In this document: one piece after another, positions 47,743 to 57,796 of the stretch
Numbering within the stretch: position 1 is the first letter of the stretch
Layout of the letters: the number at the start of each line of letters is the position of its first letter
From: Candidatus Poriferihabitaceae bacterium
GTDB taxonomy: Bacteria; Pseudomonadota; Gammaproteobacteria; Arenicellales; Poriferihabitantaceae
Direction of reading: 5' to 3'
Assembly: GCA_965204925.1 (NCBI GenBank)
Contig: OZ242021.1
Coordinates: 268,000-331,999, forward strand
Length of the DNA stretch: 64,000 nucleotides
Translations under genes and position numbers: made by a program
Notes under the pieces: generated by a model
The model's input: the letters and a program-made list of their open reading frames with translations, nothing else
Database searches by the model: none
What the model was told of the DNA's origin: nothing

Positions 47743-49509
47743 TCAATCCTGCAAGTACACCCGCCAGCAGCCGCGTAGTGAATTGACCAGCCAAAGTGAA
47801 TCCGCATCGGCGATCTGTTCACGCAGAATCACCTTCTCCGTCACTTTTTGCGCGGCCAACAACAGGGAGCGCCCGACACCGCTCAATAACCCGCATGAAA
47901 TGGGCGGTGTCAGAAACTCCCCATCCAGTTCAATAATGACATTGGCGCGGCAGGACTCGGTAATCTCCCCCCGTTCATTGTATAACAGCGCATCATGACA
48001 ATTCCGGTTCACCGCCAGCGCCCGGTCGTAGGCCTCGCGATACGTGGTCTTGTGGTAGAGGAAGCGATTTTTTGAATGTACCGGTATTGCCGACAACCTG
48101 ATCCGGTAGGGGTCGGGCAACGGCTGGTAATCGGTATGCTGGATACGCACCCGACCGTCTCCGGAGACACACAGTCGCACCCGCTGATCCGCTGGCGGAA
48201 AATCAAGCGCCGCCGACCGCAACCGTTCTGCAACCTCATCAAGGTCCAGTTCTCGGGAAAAATAGGAAGCCGAGGCGCCCAGTCTCGAAAGGTGGGCATC
48301 AAGATTCAAAAAGCCGCCGCGCCGAGCCCACTTCAGGGTTTCCAGCAGATCGAATGCGGGTTGTGCGCAGGTCAGCACCGCAGCCTTGGTATGGCACTCC
48401 TGAAATTCATCGCCGGCATCCGAATCCTGGACGATGCCGCCACCGGCGCCAAACTCCGCACTGCCCTTGCCCTTGTCAATCAGCGCCGTGCGTATTGCCA
48501 CATTGAACTGCACGCGCCTGCCCGGAAAAACAAGCCCTGCAGCCCCGGTATAGATGTTTCTGGGAACATTCTCCAGTTCATTGATGATTTCCATCGCACG
48601 CAGCTTCGGAGCGCCGGTGATCGAGGCTGCGGGGAACAGGGCCTGAAATATTTCAGCCAGGCCGGCATCGGTCAGACATTTGACCGTGGTCGACATGGCC
48701 CAGAATGTGGGGTATTTCTCCAGCGAGAAAATGTCGCTCGTTTCGACCGTGCCGGTATCGGCAATCTTGCCCATGTCGTTTCTGACCATGTCCGTAATCA
48801 TGATATTTTCAGCGCAATTCTTGCCGGACTGGCGCAACTGCCGGCCGATTTCAACATCATCTTCATAACCATAACCCCGCGCCGCGGTGCCCTTCATCGG
48901 TCTTGATTCAAGAACCCGCTGATCAAGGCTTATGAACAATTCCGGAGAAGCGGAGCAAACCGCCCAGTCATCAGTATTTACATAAACACAGTATCCCGGC
49001 TGCCTGGCGAGATTGTGGGAATGCACCATGCGCACGAACAGCGCCCAGCTGTCAACGGCGCAATTTGCCCGAAAGCGGAAGGAATAATTGACCTGATAGG
49101 TATCTCCTTCGCGGATATAGTCTTTTATTCGGGTCAGTGATCTTCGATAGTCCTCTTCCGTGAGCGAGAGCTGCCAGTCCAGCGCACGGCCGTTATCTCC
49201 GCAAGCCGCATTTTCAGGAAAGTCGATCACTTCATAGCGGTCATATATCCCAAACCAGATTTTCGGGAACCGACAGGTGGCGCGGCGCGGGAAATGCCGG
49301 TCAAAAGCGGGAGCAGCCTCATAGCTGACAAAGCCGGCCGCGAATTGCCGGTATCGTTCCACCTGATGTCCGGTTCGCTCCAGGATACCGTTGACCCGTC
49401 CAGCATCCGAAGAACAGAACACGTGCACCGGGTCGCGGAACAGGAGCCATCTGTTCGCGCCGGGCTGTTGTGCAACGACACAGTTGTTTTCGTTAAATGG
49501 AGCGGACAT
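47743..49509 (-). CDS. pabB: Aminodeoxychorismate synthase component I fused to aminodeoxychorismate lyase
   Basis: The N-terminal ~440 aa is a chorismate-binding enzyme (SPELF, PMKGT, GAGGGIV). The C-terminal ~170 aa is PabC/class IV aminotransferase-like (HKTTYREAY...LLYNERGEITESCRANV). The ORF opens at 49584; the ATG at 49509 (MSAPFNE) is preferred. Confidence 0.8.
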   Translation of the reverse strand: MSAPFNENNCVVAQQPGANRWLLFRDPVHVFCSSDAGRVNGILERTGHQVERYRQFAAGFVSYEAAPAFDRHFPRRATCRFPKIWFGIYDRYEVIDFPENAACGDNGRALDWQLSLTEEDYRRSLTRIKDYIREGDTYQVNYSFRFRANCAVDSWALFVRMVHSHNLARQPGYCVYVNTDDWAVCSASPELFISLDQRVLESRPMKGTAARGYGYEDDVEIGRQLRQSGKNCAENIMITDMVRNDMGKIADTGTVETSDIFSLEKYPTFWAMSTTVKCLTDAGLAEIFQALFPAASITGAPKLRAMEIINELENVPRNIYTGAAGLVFPGRRVQFNVAIRTALIDKGKGSAEFGAGGGIVQDSDAGDEFQECHTKAAVLTCAQPAFDLLETLKWARRGGFLNLDAHLSRLGASASYFSRELDLDEVAERLRSAALDFPPADQRVRLCVSGDGRVRIQHTDYQPLPDPYRIRLSAIPVHSKNRFLYHKTTYREAYDRALAVNRNCHDALLYNERGEITESCRANVIIELDGEFLTPPISCGLLSGVGRSLLLAAQKVTEKVILREQIADADSLWLVNSLRGCWRVYLQD

Positions 49510-52500
49510 TCGCGCTTTGCCCGGTGTCCGTATCCGTATTGCCCGTGTTGCCGGCAAGGAACCGATCCTGCAAATGCGGGTCATAGTGGCAGAGGATATT
49601 GTCCGTTCCCAGCTGATTCTCCAGTTCCATGAATAGTTGCCGACGCGGATTCACTTTCCAGTCATTACCGAGGTTGAGACACCCGGTCTCACCGGAGCGC
49701 CGGGTATAGCGGATCTGCACGGCAACGGGGTCGCTGCCATCAGTGTCGCGATACCGGCCCAGAATGGATTGCAGCCTGTCGATCCTTTCCGTTGTCAACG
49801 CCTCCTGGGACAGATTCAAATCAAGCCTGGCCAGACATTGTCTGCGGAACTGATCGAGGTCGCAAATTTTATCGACACGCATCTGACACCCTCCGGTGAC
49901 CTCATCGGCGCTGAACTGGCCAACGGCGATCAACAAACTCTCCTTTTGCAAGATGGCGGAGCATTCGCTGAATTTTTCCGGGAACAGGATGACTTCGACC
50001 CGGCGCATCTCATTGTCGAGGACTACAAACGCCATTTTCCCCCGCCTTGTCCTTGATACTCGCATGGATACCATGATTCCTGCAAACACCCCGTTTCCCG
50101 GTGACCTGAAGTCCCGGGACGGCGCATCCCGGTCACTGATCAGGGCGAGCTCTCCGGCATATCGCTGATACGGGTGTCCGGTCAGATACAGGCCAAGCGT
50201 TTCTTTCTCCGCAGCGAGACGCTGCTCATCTGTCCAGTCCGGGATTTGCATCAATGCCGTGTTTTTCGATGGTGATTCCTGGATGCCGAACATGTCGAAC
50301 TGCCCTGCCTGACGGTCTTGCTGATGCTGGTCCGCAGCCTTGACGGCATTATCCATTGCACCGATCAATGCCGCCCGGTTACCGCCCAGAGTATCCATTG
50401 CCCCGCTCTTGATCAGAATTTCCAGGACACGCTTGTTCACCTTACGCACATCGACCCGACGACAAAATTCTTGCAAGGACCGGTATCCGGCATCCCTGTC
50501 CCGCTGCGCTACGATATTTTCAACGACCCCTTTCCCGATTCCCTTCAAGGCGCCCAGACCATAACTGATCCTGTTGTCGCCGACCGCCCGGAACGTGTAG
50601 GAGCTGGAGTTGATATCGGGCGGCAATATGGTCAGGCCCAAAGATTTGGCGTCCGCCAGTAACGTAACCACCCGGTCGGTCTTGTCCATCTCGGCAGACA
50701 GGGCCGCTGCCATGAACGCGGCCGGGTAATGGACCTTCATCCACGCTGAATGATAGGAGATCAAAGCATAGGCAACCGAATGCGAGCGGTTGAACCCGTA
50801 TCCGGCGAACTTGTCCATCAACGTGAAGATACGGTCGGCGAGTCCCTTGCCTATGCCCCTTTCCACCGCTCCGCTGACAAAGGTCGCGCGCTGCCTCGCC
50901 ATCTCTTCCGGCAGCTTTTTACCCATTGCCTTGCGTAACAGGTCGGCTTCGCCGAGAGTATAGCCGGCCAGAGAGCGCGCAATCTCCATAACCTGTTCCT
51001 GATAGATGATCACGCCGTAGGTTGGCTTGAGTATCGGTTCCAGCGCCGGATGGGAGTACACGATCTCCTCACGCCCCATCTTGCGGTTGATAAAGTCATC
51101 GACCATGCCCGATTGCAAGGGGCCCGGACGGTACAGGGCAACGAGCGCCACGAGGTCCTCGAAAACCTCCGGACGGGCCCGAACGAGCAGTTCTCTGGCT
51201 CCTCTCGATTCGATCTGGAATACCGCGATAGTCCGTCCGCCTCTCAAGAATTCGAATGTCGTGGCATCGTCCAGCGGCACCTGACCCAGGTCAAGCGGAA
51301 TTTCACGATCGGCAGACTCCCGCTGATTCACCATTTTTATCGCGGCATTGAGAATAGTGAGTGTCCGCACTCCGAGAAAATCGAATTTGATCAGGCCGAT
51401 CGACTCCAGATCGTCCTTGTCCAGCTGCGTGATGGCCTGGTTCAAATGGGAATCCGCGTACAGCGGGGTATATTCGGTCAAGGGTTTTGGCGCAATCACC
51501 ACTCCCCCTGCATGCTTGCCCACATTCCTTGCGATTCCTTCCAGTTGCAGGGCCATGTCGATCAGCTCCCGGACGTCTTCCTGGTCGTTATACCTCTCTT
51601 TCAGTGACTGTTCCTGGCTAAGCGCTTTCTGCAGGGTCATGCCGACCTCAAAAGGGATCAGCTTCGCAATCTGGTCAACAAAGCCATAAGGCAAACCCAT
51701 GACCCGGCCGACATCCCGCACCACCGCTTTCGCCGCCATCGTGCCAAAGGTGATAATCTGGGCAACCTGATCATGGCCGTAGCGCCCGGCCACATATTCA
51801 ATGACACGGTCCCGGCCATCCACACAAAAATCAATATCAAAATCCGGCAGTGAAACCCGCTCAGGATTAAGGAACCGCTCGAACAACAAGCCATAGGACA
51901 ACGGGTCGAGGTCGGTGATGCCGGTGGACCAGGCAACCAGTGAGCCGGCGCCGGAGCCGCGTCCCGGACCGACCGGTATTCCATTGTTGCGGGCCCACTC
52001 GACAAAATCGGCAACGATCAGGAAATATCCCGAATAATTCATATTCTCGATCACCCCGAGTTCCATGTTCATGCGATCGATATACTCTTGCCCGACCGTA
52101 CAGGAGCCGTCCGGCGCATACAACGCTGGCAGATTGAACCGCTTTGCCAGCCCGTCTTGCGCACGCTCCCGCAATAACGAGGCTTCCGACCGGTTTCCCG
52201 CATCCGGATATTGCGGCAGGTGATCCCGATCAAAATCGAGAAACACGTTGCAGCGCCTTGCGATCTCGATCGAATTGGAAATAGCGGCCGGCATATCCGA
52301 AAACAGTTCGATCATCTCCCGCGTCGATTTCAGATACTGCTGATCGGTATATTCCCTGGGACGGCGGCTGTCGTCCAGCGTCCTGCCATTATTGATACAT
52401 ACCCGGATTTCGTGCGCTTCAAACTCTTCGGGCTTGATGAATACCACTCTGTTTGTCGCGACCACTCCAATGTCGTAGCGGGTCGCCAGCCGCACCACCC

Positions 52501-53047
52501 GACTGATATAGTTCCGCTCACCCGGCGCCCCGATGCGGCTGACCGAAAAATAGACCCGGTCACCAAAAACATGGCGATAGCGGGTTATGCAATCGGGCAA
52601 CTCCGACTCCCGCCCCTGTGAAATCAGGTTCACGGCAAAACCCTGACGCTCATCAATGAGACACAACAGTCCCTGATTTTGCCTGGCCAGTTCCGTCCAG
52701 ACAATTACAACCTTGTTGTTTACACTGTCGCGCAACCAGGCGCCGGTCAGCAGCCGGCTCAGGTTGCGGTAGCCGGTATTGTCTCCACACAACAAAGTGG
52801 CGCGCTCTGCCGATTTACCCGGGCCGGCGTCTCCAACCCACACATCACACCCTATAACCGGTTTGACTCCCTGCTCCAGACAAGCCCGATAAAATTTGAC
52901 CATTCCGTAAAGATTGGAGAGATCGGTAAGCGCTACGGCGGGTTGTCCAAATCCGGAGCAACCGGCGGCGAGCGCCTTCAGCCTGACGATGCCATCCGCC
53001 AGCGAGAACTCCGAGTGCAGGTGCAAATGAACGAACGCGTCAGTCAT
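49493..53047 (-). CDS. dnaE: DNA polymerase III subunit alpha
   Basis: The ORF spans 49493-53266. The ATG at 53047 gives [19 protein letters not shown] (PHP domain start), followed by a full-length DnaE with [14 protein letters not shown] and PDFDIDF. Confidence 0.95.
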   Translation of the reverse strand: MTDAFVHLHLHSEFSLADGIVRLKALAAGCSGFGQPAVALTDLSNLYGMVKFYRACLEQGVKPVIGCDVWVGDAGPGKSAERATLLCGDNTGYRNLSRLLTGAWLRDSVNNKVVIVWTELARQNQGLLCLIDERQGFAVNLISQGRESELPDCITRYRHVFGDRVYFSVSRIGAPGERNYISRVVRLATRYDIGVVATNRVVFIKPEEFEAHEIRVCINNGRTLDDSRRPREYTDQQYLKSTREMIELFSDMPAAISNSIEIARRCNVFLDFDRDHLPQYPDAGNRSEASLLRERAQDGLAKRFNLPALYAPDGSCTVGQEYIDRMNMELGVIENMNYSGYFLIVADFVEWARNNGIPVGPGRGSGAGSLVAWSTGITDLDPLSYGLLFERFLNPERVSLPDFDIDFCVDGRDRVIEYVAGRYGHDQVAQIITFGTMAAKAVVRDVGRVMGLPYGFVDQIAKLIPFEVGMTLQKALSQEQSLKERYNDQEDVRELIDMALQLEGIARNVGKHAGGVVIAPKPLTEYTPLYADSHLNQAITQLDKDDLESIGLIKFDFLGVRTLTILNAAIKMVNQRESADREIPLDLGQVPLDDATTFEFLRGGRTIAVFQIESRGARELLVRARPEVFEDLVALVALYRPGPLQSGMVDDFINRKMGREEIVYSHPALEPILKPTYGVIIYQEQVMEIARSLAGYTLGEADLLRKAMGKKLPEEMARQRATFVSGAVERGIGKGLADRIFTLMDKFAGYGFNRSHSVAYALISYHSAWMKVHYPAAFMAAALSAEMDKTDRVVTLLADAKSLGLTILPPDINSSSYTFRAVGDNRISYGLGALKGIGKGVVENIVAQRDRDAGYRSLQEFCRRVDVRKVNKRVLEILIKSGAMDTLGGNRAALIGAMDNAVKAADQHQQDRQAGQFDMFGIQESPSKNTALMQIPDWTDEQRLAAEKETLGLYLTGHPYQRYAGELALISDRDAPSRDFRSPGNGVFAGIMVSMRVSRTRRGKMAFVVLDNEMRRVEVILFPEKFSECSAILQKESLLIAVGQFSADEVTGGCQMRVDKICDLDQFRRQCLARLDLNLSQEALTTERIDRLQSILGRYRDTDGSDPVAVQIRYTRRSGETGCLNLGNDWKVNPRRQLFMELENQLGTDNILCHYDPHLQDRFLAGNTGNTDTDTGQSANVRSI

Positions 53048-53618
53048 TGTCGAGTATTTTGCGGACCGGAGCGAAACTGGCCCGATGCTCGCCGGTTGGT
53101 CCATAAAGCCGCAGCTCCTCCAGGTGCATTCTTGTCGGATAACCCTTGTGCTTTTCAAAACCGTAGCGGGGATAAACCAGTGACAACCTGACCATCTCCC
53201 GGTCACACGCTTCTTTCGCCAGTATTGACGCAGCCGAAATGGATGGGTGGACCGCGTCTCCCCCAATCACGGCGATGCACGCGCAGTCCAGAGCGGGAGT
53301 TCTGTTACCATCGACCAGCGCTGTATGAGGCTGAATATGCAATTTTCCCACTGCGCGTTTCATGGCGAGCAGTGTTGCCTGCAGTATATTGATACGGTCT
53401 ATCTCGCGCACGCCAGCGCGGGCTACGGACCAGGATAATGCGGTTTCCCGGATGTGTCTCTCAAGCTCCGCCCGACGCCGCGCGCCGAGTTTTTTCGAAT
53501 CATCCAGTCCGGCTATCGGCTTGTCGTCATCCAGTATGACCGCAGCGGCGAATACCGCCCCGGCCAGCGGGCCCCGCCCCGCCTCATCGACTCCGGCAAT
53601 GATTCTGTTCGACTTCAA
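53040..53618 (-). CDS. rnhB: Ribonuclease HII
   Basis: The 192-aa ORF contains [16 protein letters not shown] and DSKKL. Confidence 0.93.
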   Translation of the reverse strand: MKSNRIIAGVDEAGRGPLAGAVFAAAVILDDDKPIAGLDDSKKLGARRRAELERHIRETALSWSVARAGVREIDRINILQATLLAMKRAVGKLHIQPHTALVDGNRTPALDCACIAVIGGDAVHPSISAASILAKEACDREMVRLSLVYPRYGFEKHKGYPTRMHLEELRLYGPTGEHRASFAPVRKILDND

Positions 53619-53622
53619 CGGC

Positions 53623-54777
53623 TCAGGTCAATCGTTCCAGCAGTCCCGTTACCGCCCTGCTGGCCCGCAGATTGGCATCAAGTTTCAACTGGCGGTGCAT
53701 TTCGGCAAACATGCCGGAAAGCCTGTTCACTTCCCGCTCATCTTCAAGATATCGCCTTAACACACGGGCAATGCTGGCCGGTCTGGCCTCGTCCTGAATG
53801 AACTCCGGCACCACAGGATCCCTGAGCAGCTGATTGGGCATCGAATAATGATTCACGGACTTCAGTCTCTGCACAAGCTGCCAGGTCAGAGGACCCACCT
53901 TGTAGACGACCACATGAGGACGTCGCAACAACGCCGCTTCCAGCGCTGCCGTCCCCGACGCAAGCACAACTGCATCGGCGGCCTCCATGGCAAGCCGTGA
54001 CTGCTCCTGTAACCGCATAATCGGTAAATCTCCGATCAGGCCGGTCAGTCTGTTGAATGCGCAGGAGACCGTTTTGTTGGCAAGCGGCAGCACAAATTGT
54101 ACATTGGGGTCGGACTGATGGATAATCCTGGCCGCCTCCAGAAAAATCGGCGCCAGCCTCGAAATCTCCGAACGGCGGCTACCCGGAAGCAGGGCGACCA
54201 GTTTCCCGCCATGCGGGATCTCAAGTCCGAGTTTCTGTCTGGCGGCAATCCGGTTCGGCGGCTTGATTTCATCGGCCATCGGATGCCCGACACAGGTGAC
54301 CGGAATACCGTTCTTGCGGTAAAACTCGGCCTCAAAGGGAAACAATGTCAGAATATGGTCGACGGCTCGTCGAATCTTGTGGATACGATATCCGCGCCAC
54401 GCCCATACCGTAGGGCTTACGTAATGGACTATAGCGATGTTCTTCTTCCTGAGCCGGGATTCGAGCGCCAGATTGAAATCGGGCACATCAATACCGATAA
54501 ACAAATCGGGGGGGTCCGACACCATGATCCGATACAGATTCGAGCGGATCCCGAGAATGTCGAACAGCTTGCCGGGAAGCCCATCCAGCCCCATTACTCC
54601 GATCCGCTCCATATCATAAATTGTATCGCACCCGGCAGCGGCCATTTTGGGCCCACCAATACCGAAGAACCCGACATCGCCGATACTGCATTTCAGGCTT
54701 TCAATCAATCCGGCGCCGAGAGCATCACCGGAAGGCTCGCCCGCCACGATCCCGATACGGATTTGACGGCTGCCCAC
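53623..54777 (-). CDS. lpxB: Lipid-A-disaccharide synthase
   Basis: The 384-aa ORF contains [11 protein letters not shown] and PGSR, in lpxA-lpxB-rnhB context. Confidence 0.93.
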   Translation of the reverse strand: MGSRQIRIGIVAGEPSGDALGAGLIESLKCSIGDVGFFGIGGPKMAAAGCDTIYDMERIGVMGLDGLPGKLFDILGIRSNLYRIMVSDPPDLFIGIDVPDFNLALESRLRKKNIAIVHYVSPTVWAWRGYRIHKIRRAVDHILTLFPFEAEFYRKNGIPVTCVGHPMADEIKPPNRIAARQKLGLEIPHGGKLVALLPGSRRSEISRLAPIFLEAARIIHQSDPNVQFVLPLANKTVSCAFNRLTGLIGDLPIMRLQEQSRLAMEAADAVVLASGTAALEAALLRRPHVVVYKVGPLTWQLVQRLKSVNHYSMPNQLLRDPVVPEFIQDEARPASIARVLRRYLEDEREVNRLSGMFAEMHRQLKLDANLRASRAVTGLLERLT

Positions 54778-55554
54778 CTATCGGATAATACCGCGCTCGG
54801 ATTGGCAAATAAACTTCCTGAATGTCGCCACGTCCGCATTATCACTATCCAATGCACAGAGTTCATCAATGGCCGACTGAAGATTGAGATTGCGGCGGTA
54901 AACGGCCCGGTAAGCGGTAGCCAGCAATTCGATCGTCTCTTCTGTAAAATGCCGTCTTCGCAACCCTTTTTTATTGATGCCGAACGGAGTCGCCGGATTA
55001 CCCGCCGCCACGATATATGGGGGAACATCCTGGAGACAGACACACCCGATTCCTGTAATACAATGCTGACCGATCCGGCAAAATTGATGCACGAGGCTGA
55101 AGCCGCCGAGAATGGCATGGTCGCCAATATGGACATGGCCGGCCAGACTGGCGCCATTGGCAAAGATAATGCAGTTGCCCAAAACGCAGTCATGGGCAAT
55201 GTGCGCGTAAGCCATGATGAAGTTATCATCGCCTATCCTCGTCACCCCCAGACCACCCGCAGTGCCCCGATTGATTGTGCAATATTCCCTTATGGTATTA
55301 CGGTCGCCGATTTCCAGACGGGTAGGCTCGCCGCGGTAACCCTGATGCTGCGGGTCCTCCCCTATCGAGGAAAATTGAAATATGTGGTTGTGCTTGCCGA
55401 TTGTTGTGAAATTGCGGATGACGACATGGGGACCGACCCGGGTACCGTCCCCGATCGTCACATTCTCCCCGATAATCGAAAACGCGCCGATCGTCACATT
55501 CCTGCCGATATTCGCGCGTTCAGCGACAATCGCCGTCGGATGAATGTCTGCCAT
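54778..55554 (-). CDS. lpxA: Acyl-ACP--UDP-N-acetylglucosamine O-acyltransferase
   Basis: The 258-aa ORF is a hexapeptide-repeat left-handed beta-helix beginning MADIHPTAIV. Confidence 0.93.
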   Translation of the reverse strand: MADIHPTAIVAERANIGRNVTIGAFSIIGENVTIGDGTRVGPHVVIRNFTTIGKHNHIFQFSSIGEDPQHQGYRGEPTRLEIGDRNTIREYCTINRGTAGGLGVTRIGDDNFIMAYAHIAHDCVLGNCIIFANGASLAGHVHIGDHAILGGFSLVHQFCRIGQHCITGIGCVCLQDVPPYIVAAGNPATPFGINKKGLRRRHFTEETIELLATAYRAVYRRNLNLQSAIDELCALDSDNADVATFRKFICQSERGIIR

Positions 55555-55559
55555 CGAGT

Positions 55560-56015
55560 CTACAGTACCCGGTAAGTAAACATGACATCGGCCGATGCCA
55601 CCAGACGTTCTTCAACGGTGGCTTCGGTAGAATATTTCCAGATTTTCCTTCGGTAATTGGTCTGCCTGACGTTTAGTATCAGTTGATCTCCCGGTTCGAC
55701 AGGGCGCTTGAATCTGGCGCTGTCTATTCCTGCGAAAAGCAGGATGATCCGCTCCTCGGTCTCCGCCTCCTCACTGTGACTGGCCAGAAGCGCAGAGGCC
55801 TGCGCCAATGCTTCCAGGATCAGAACGCCGGGGAAAACCGGCCTTTCCGGGAAATGCCCCTGAAAAAACGGCTCATTGAACGTGACGTTCTTGATCGCGG
55901 TCAGACTCCCCCCAAGCGTGTAATCAAGTACCCGGTCAACCAGCAGGAACGGGTACCTGTGAGGAAGGATTTCCCGGATTCGGTGTATATCGATCTGCTT
56001 TTTTTCTGTCATCAC
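55560..56015 (-). CDS. fabZ: 3-hydroxyacyl-ACP dehydratase
   Basis: The 151-aa ORF contains LPHRYPFLLVDRV and FFQGHFPERPVFPGVL. Confidence 0.95.
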   Translation of the reverse strand: MMTEKKQIDIHRIREILPHRYPFLLVDRVLDYTLGGSLTAIKNVTFNEPFFQGHFPERPVFPGVLILEALAQASALLASHSEEAETEERIILLFAGIDSARFKRPVEPGDQLILNVRQTNYRRKIWKYSTEATVEERLVASADVMFTYRVL

Positions 56016-56080
56016 GGCAACATGCCCCGATCGGATCGTATGTGCGGGAAGCGCACCCGTGTTCGGCCAGCGCTCATCGT

Positions 56081-57151
56081 CTATTGGTCACAGCCCGGCT
56101 TTTCACCCTGTTTCCTCCTGCGCATCAGTTTATCAAGTTGCCGGATCATTGCCAGATTCTTTCTCCATTGCCTGACCGGCTGTACCGTGATCATCGACGC
56201 GTACTCTCCAGAGTCACCGATACTTTTCGCAACCGTGCTGTTCGCCATTATCGTCACGTCATCAACAATCTCAAGGTGGCCGAGGATGGATACGCGCCCT
56301 CCGATTTTACAACGCTTGCCGATGCGAGCGCTTCCGGCGACGGCAGAACAACCTGCCATTATGGTGTTTTCCCCGATATATACATTATGGGCAATCTGTA
56401 TCTGGTTATCCAGTTTTACGCCATTTTCAATGACGGTATGGTCGAGCGCCCCACGGTCGATCGTTGTATTTGCGCCGACATCGACATCATCGCCGATACG
56501 GACAGCTCCAAGCTGTTCGATTTTTTGCCAGCTTCCCGCCGACGGGGCATAGCCGAACCCGCTGGCGCCGATCACCGCCCCCGGAGAGATATGACATCTC
56601 TTCCCGATGAGACAGCCGGCATGAATGACAACCTGGTCCTCAATCTGTGAATCCTGCCCTATAACAACCCCGGCTCCGATATGGACGGAGTTTCCGATTA
56701 CCACACCCTTTGCCAGTTTCACCCCATCATCAATCGTACTGAACGGGCCGATTGTCACGCTGCCATCGAAAGAAACCGTATCGGCAACTCGCGAGGACGG
56801 ATCCACCCTTTGTCTGTTGCGACTGCAAGCCGGTCTGAACAACCCGGAAATCCGCGCATAGGCCAGATAAGGGTCAGCCACCACCACGCGGTTGCCGGGA
56901 AACAGGTGCACATCTTGTGGAGAGATCAACACGGCCCCCGCTGCGCAAGCGGACAAATGGCGCTTCAGTTTCGGGTCGGAAAAAAAGGTGATTGATGTGG
57001 CTGTCGCCTGTTCCGGACTCCTGATCGAATCAACCCTGTATTGTGGATCTCCGAGCACGACCCCGTCCGCAGCCTGCGCAATTCTGCCCAATTCGATCAC
57101 GTTCCCGGGGTCCTCAAGGCAGGTGCAATCGACGCCAGCGCTCGGAGTCAC
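56081..57151 (-). CDS. lpxD: UDP-3-O-acylglucosamine N-acyltransferase
   Basis: The 356-aa ORF has hexapeptide repeats and GASGFGYAP...WQKIEQLGAVRIGDDVDVGANTTIDRGALD. Confidence 0.92.
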   Translation of the reverse strand: MTPSAGVDCTCLEDPGNVIELGRIAQAADGVVLGDPQYRVDSIRSPEQATATSITFFSDPKLKRHLSACAAGAVLISPQDVHLFPGNRVVVADPYLAYARISGLFRPACSRNRQRVDPSSRVADTVSFDGSVTIGPFSTIDDGVKLAKGVVIGNSVHIGAGVVIGQDSQIEDQVVIHAGCLIGKRCHISPGAVIGASGFGYAPSAGSWQKIEQLGAVRIGDDVDVGANTTIDRGALDHTVIENGVKLDNQIQIAHNVYIGENTIMAGCSAVAGSARIGKRCKIGGRVSILGHLEIVDDVTIMANSTVAKSIGDSGEYASMITVQPVRQWRKNLAMIRQLDKLMRRRKQGEKPGCDQ

Positions 57152-57180
57152 TTGATATGGCCACTATAGCGCGAGTACCT

Positions 57181-57696
57181 TTACTCTGCGAAGTCCTTGT
57201 TGAGTTGCTCCAGGATTTTCCCGGTAAGATCGATCTCCCGGCTCGCATAAACAGCCTGCTGGACAACGAGGTCGATCTCTTCCCGCCGGGCTATTTCCAC
57301 GATAACCTCCGAAATCAGTTTCTCCAGCCGGGCCAGCCCCCGGTTGCGGCTGCGGGCATAGTCTTCGTTGTAGATTTTCTGATCTCTTTGCAGGGTTATT
57401 TGCAGGTCGCGCAACTCGACCGTTCGTTCCTCGAGCTCCTCGCTGGAAAGCAAAACCGCATTCTTTTGCAACTCGGCTTCCTTCGCATTGAACAGCTCGA
57501 TCCTGGCTTTCAAATCCCGGTTGCGCTCACCGAATTCCTGTTCCAGTATACGTATTTCATACTTCCCCTGGGGAGCTTCATCAATCAATACCCGCGCATC
57601 GACATAGGCTATCCTGAGCGCAGACGCCTTGACCGGCATACATGCAACCCCAATCAGGCATAAAACACCCAACAAATACCTGCTGTTCATTTTCAT
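57181..57696 (-). CDS. skp: Periplasmic chaperone Skp (OmpH)
   Basis: The ORF spans 57181-57861. The ATG at 57696 gives MKMNSRYLLGVLCLIGVACMPVKASA (a signal peptide) followed by a coiled-coil-rich sequence. It lies between bamA and lpxD. Confidence 0.85.
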   Translation of the reverse strand: MKMNSRYLLGVLCLIGVACMPVKASALRIAYVDARVLIDEAPQGKYEIRILEQEFGERNRDLKARIELFNAKEAELQKNAVLLSSEELEERTVELRDLQITLQRDQKIYNEDYARSRNRGLARLEKLISEVIVEIARREEIDLVVQQAVYASREIDLTGKILEQLNKDFAE

Positions 57697-57796
57697 AACC
57701 CTAATACAATAAAGACACAAAGACACAAATCCGTACAGAAATTCCGAGAGCTGAAGTTCCTCACCAGACACTTGCCTGGCACGGGCAACCCAAACC

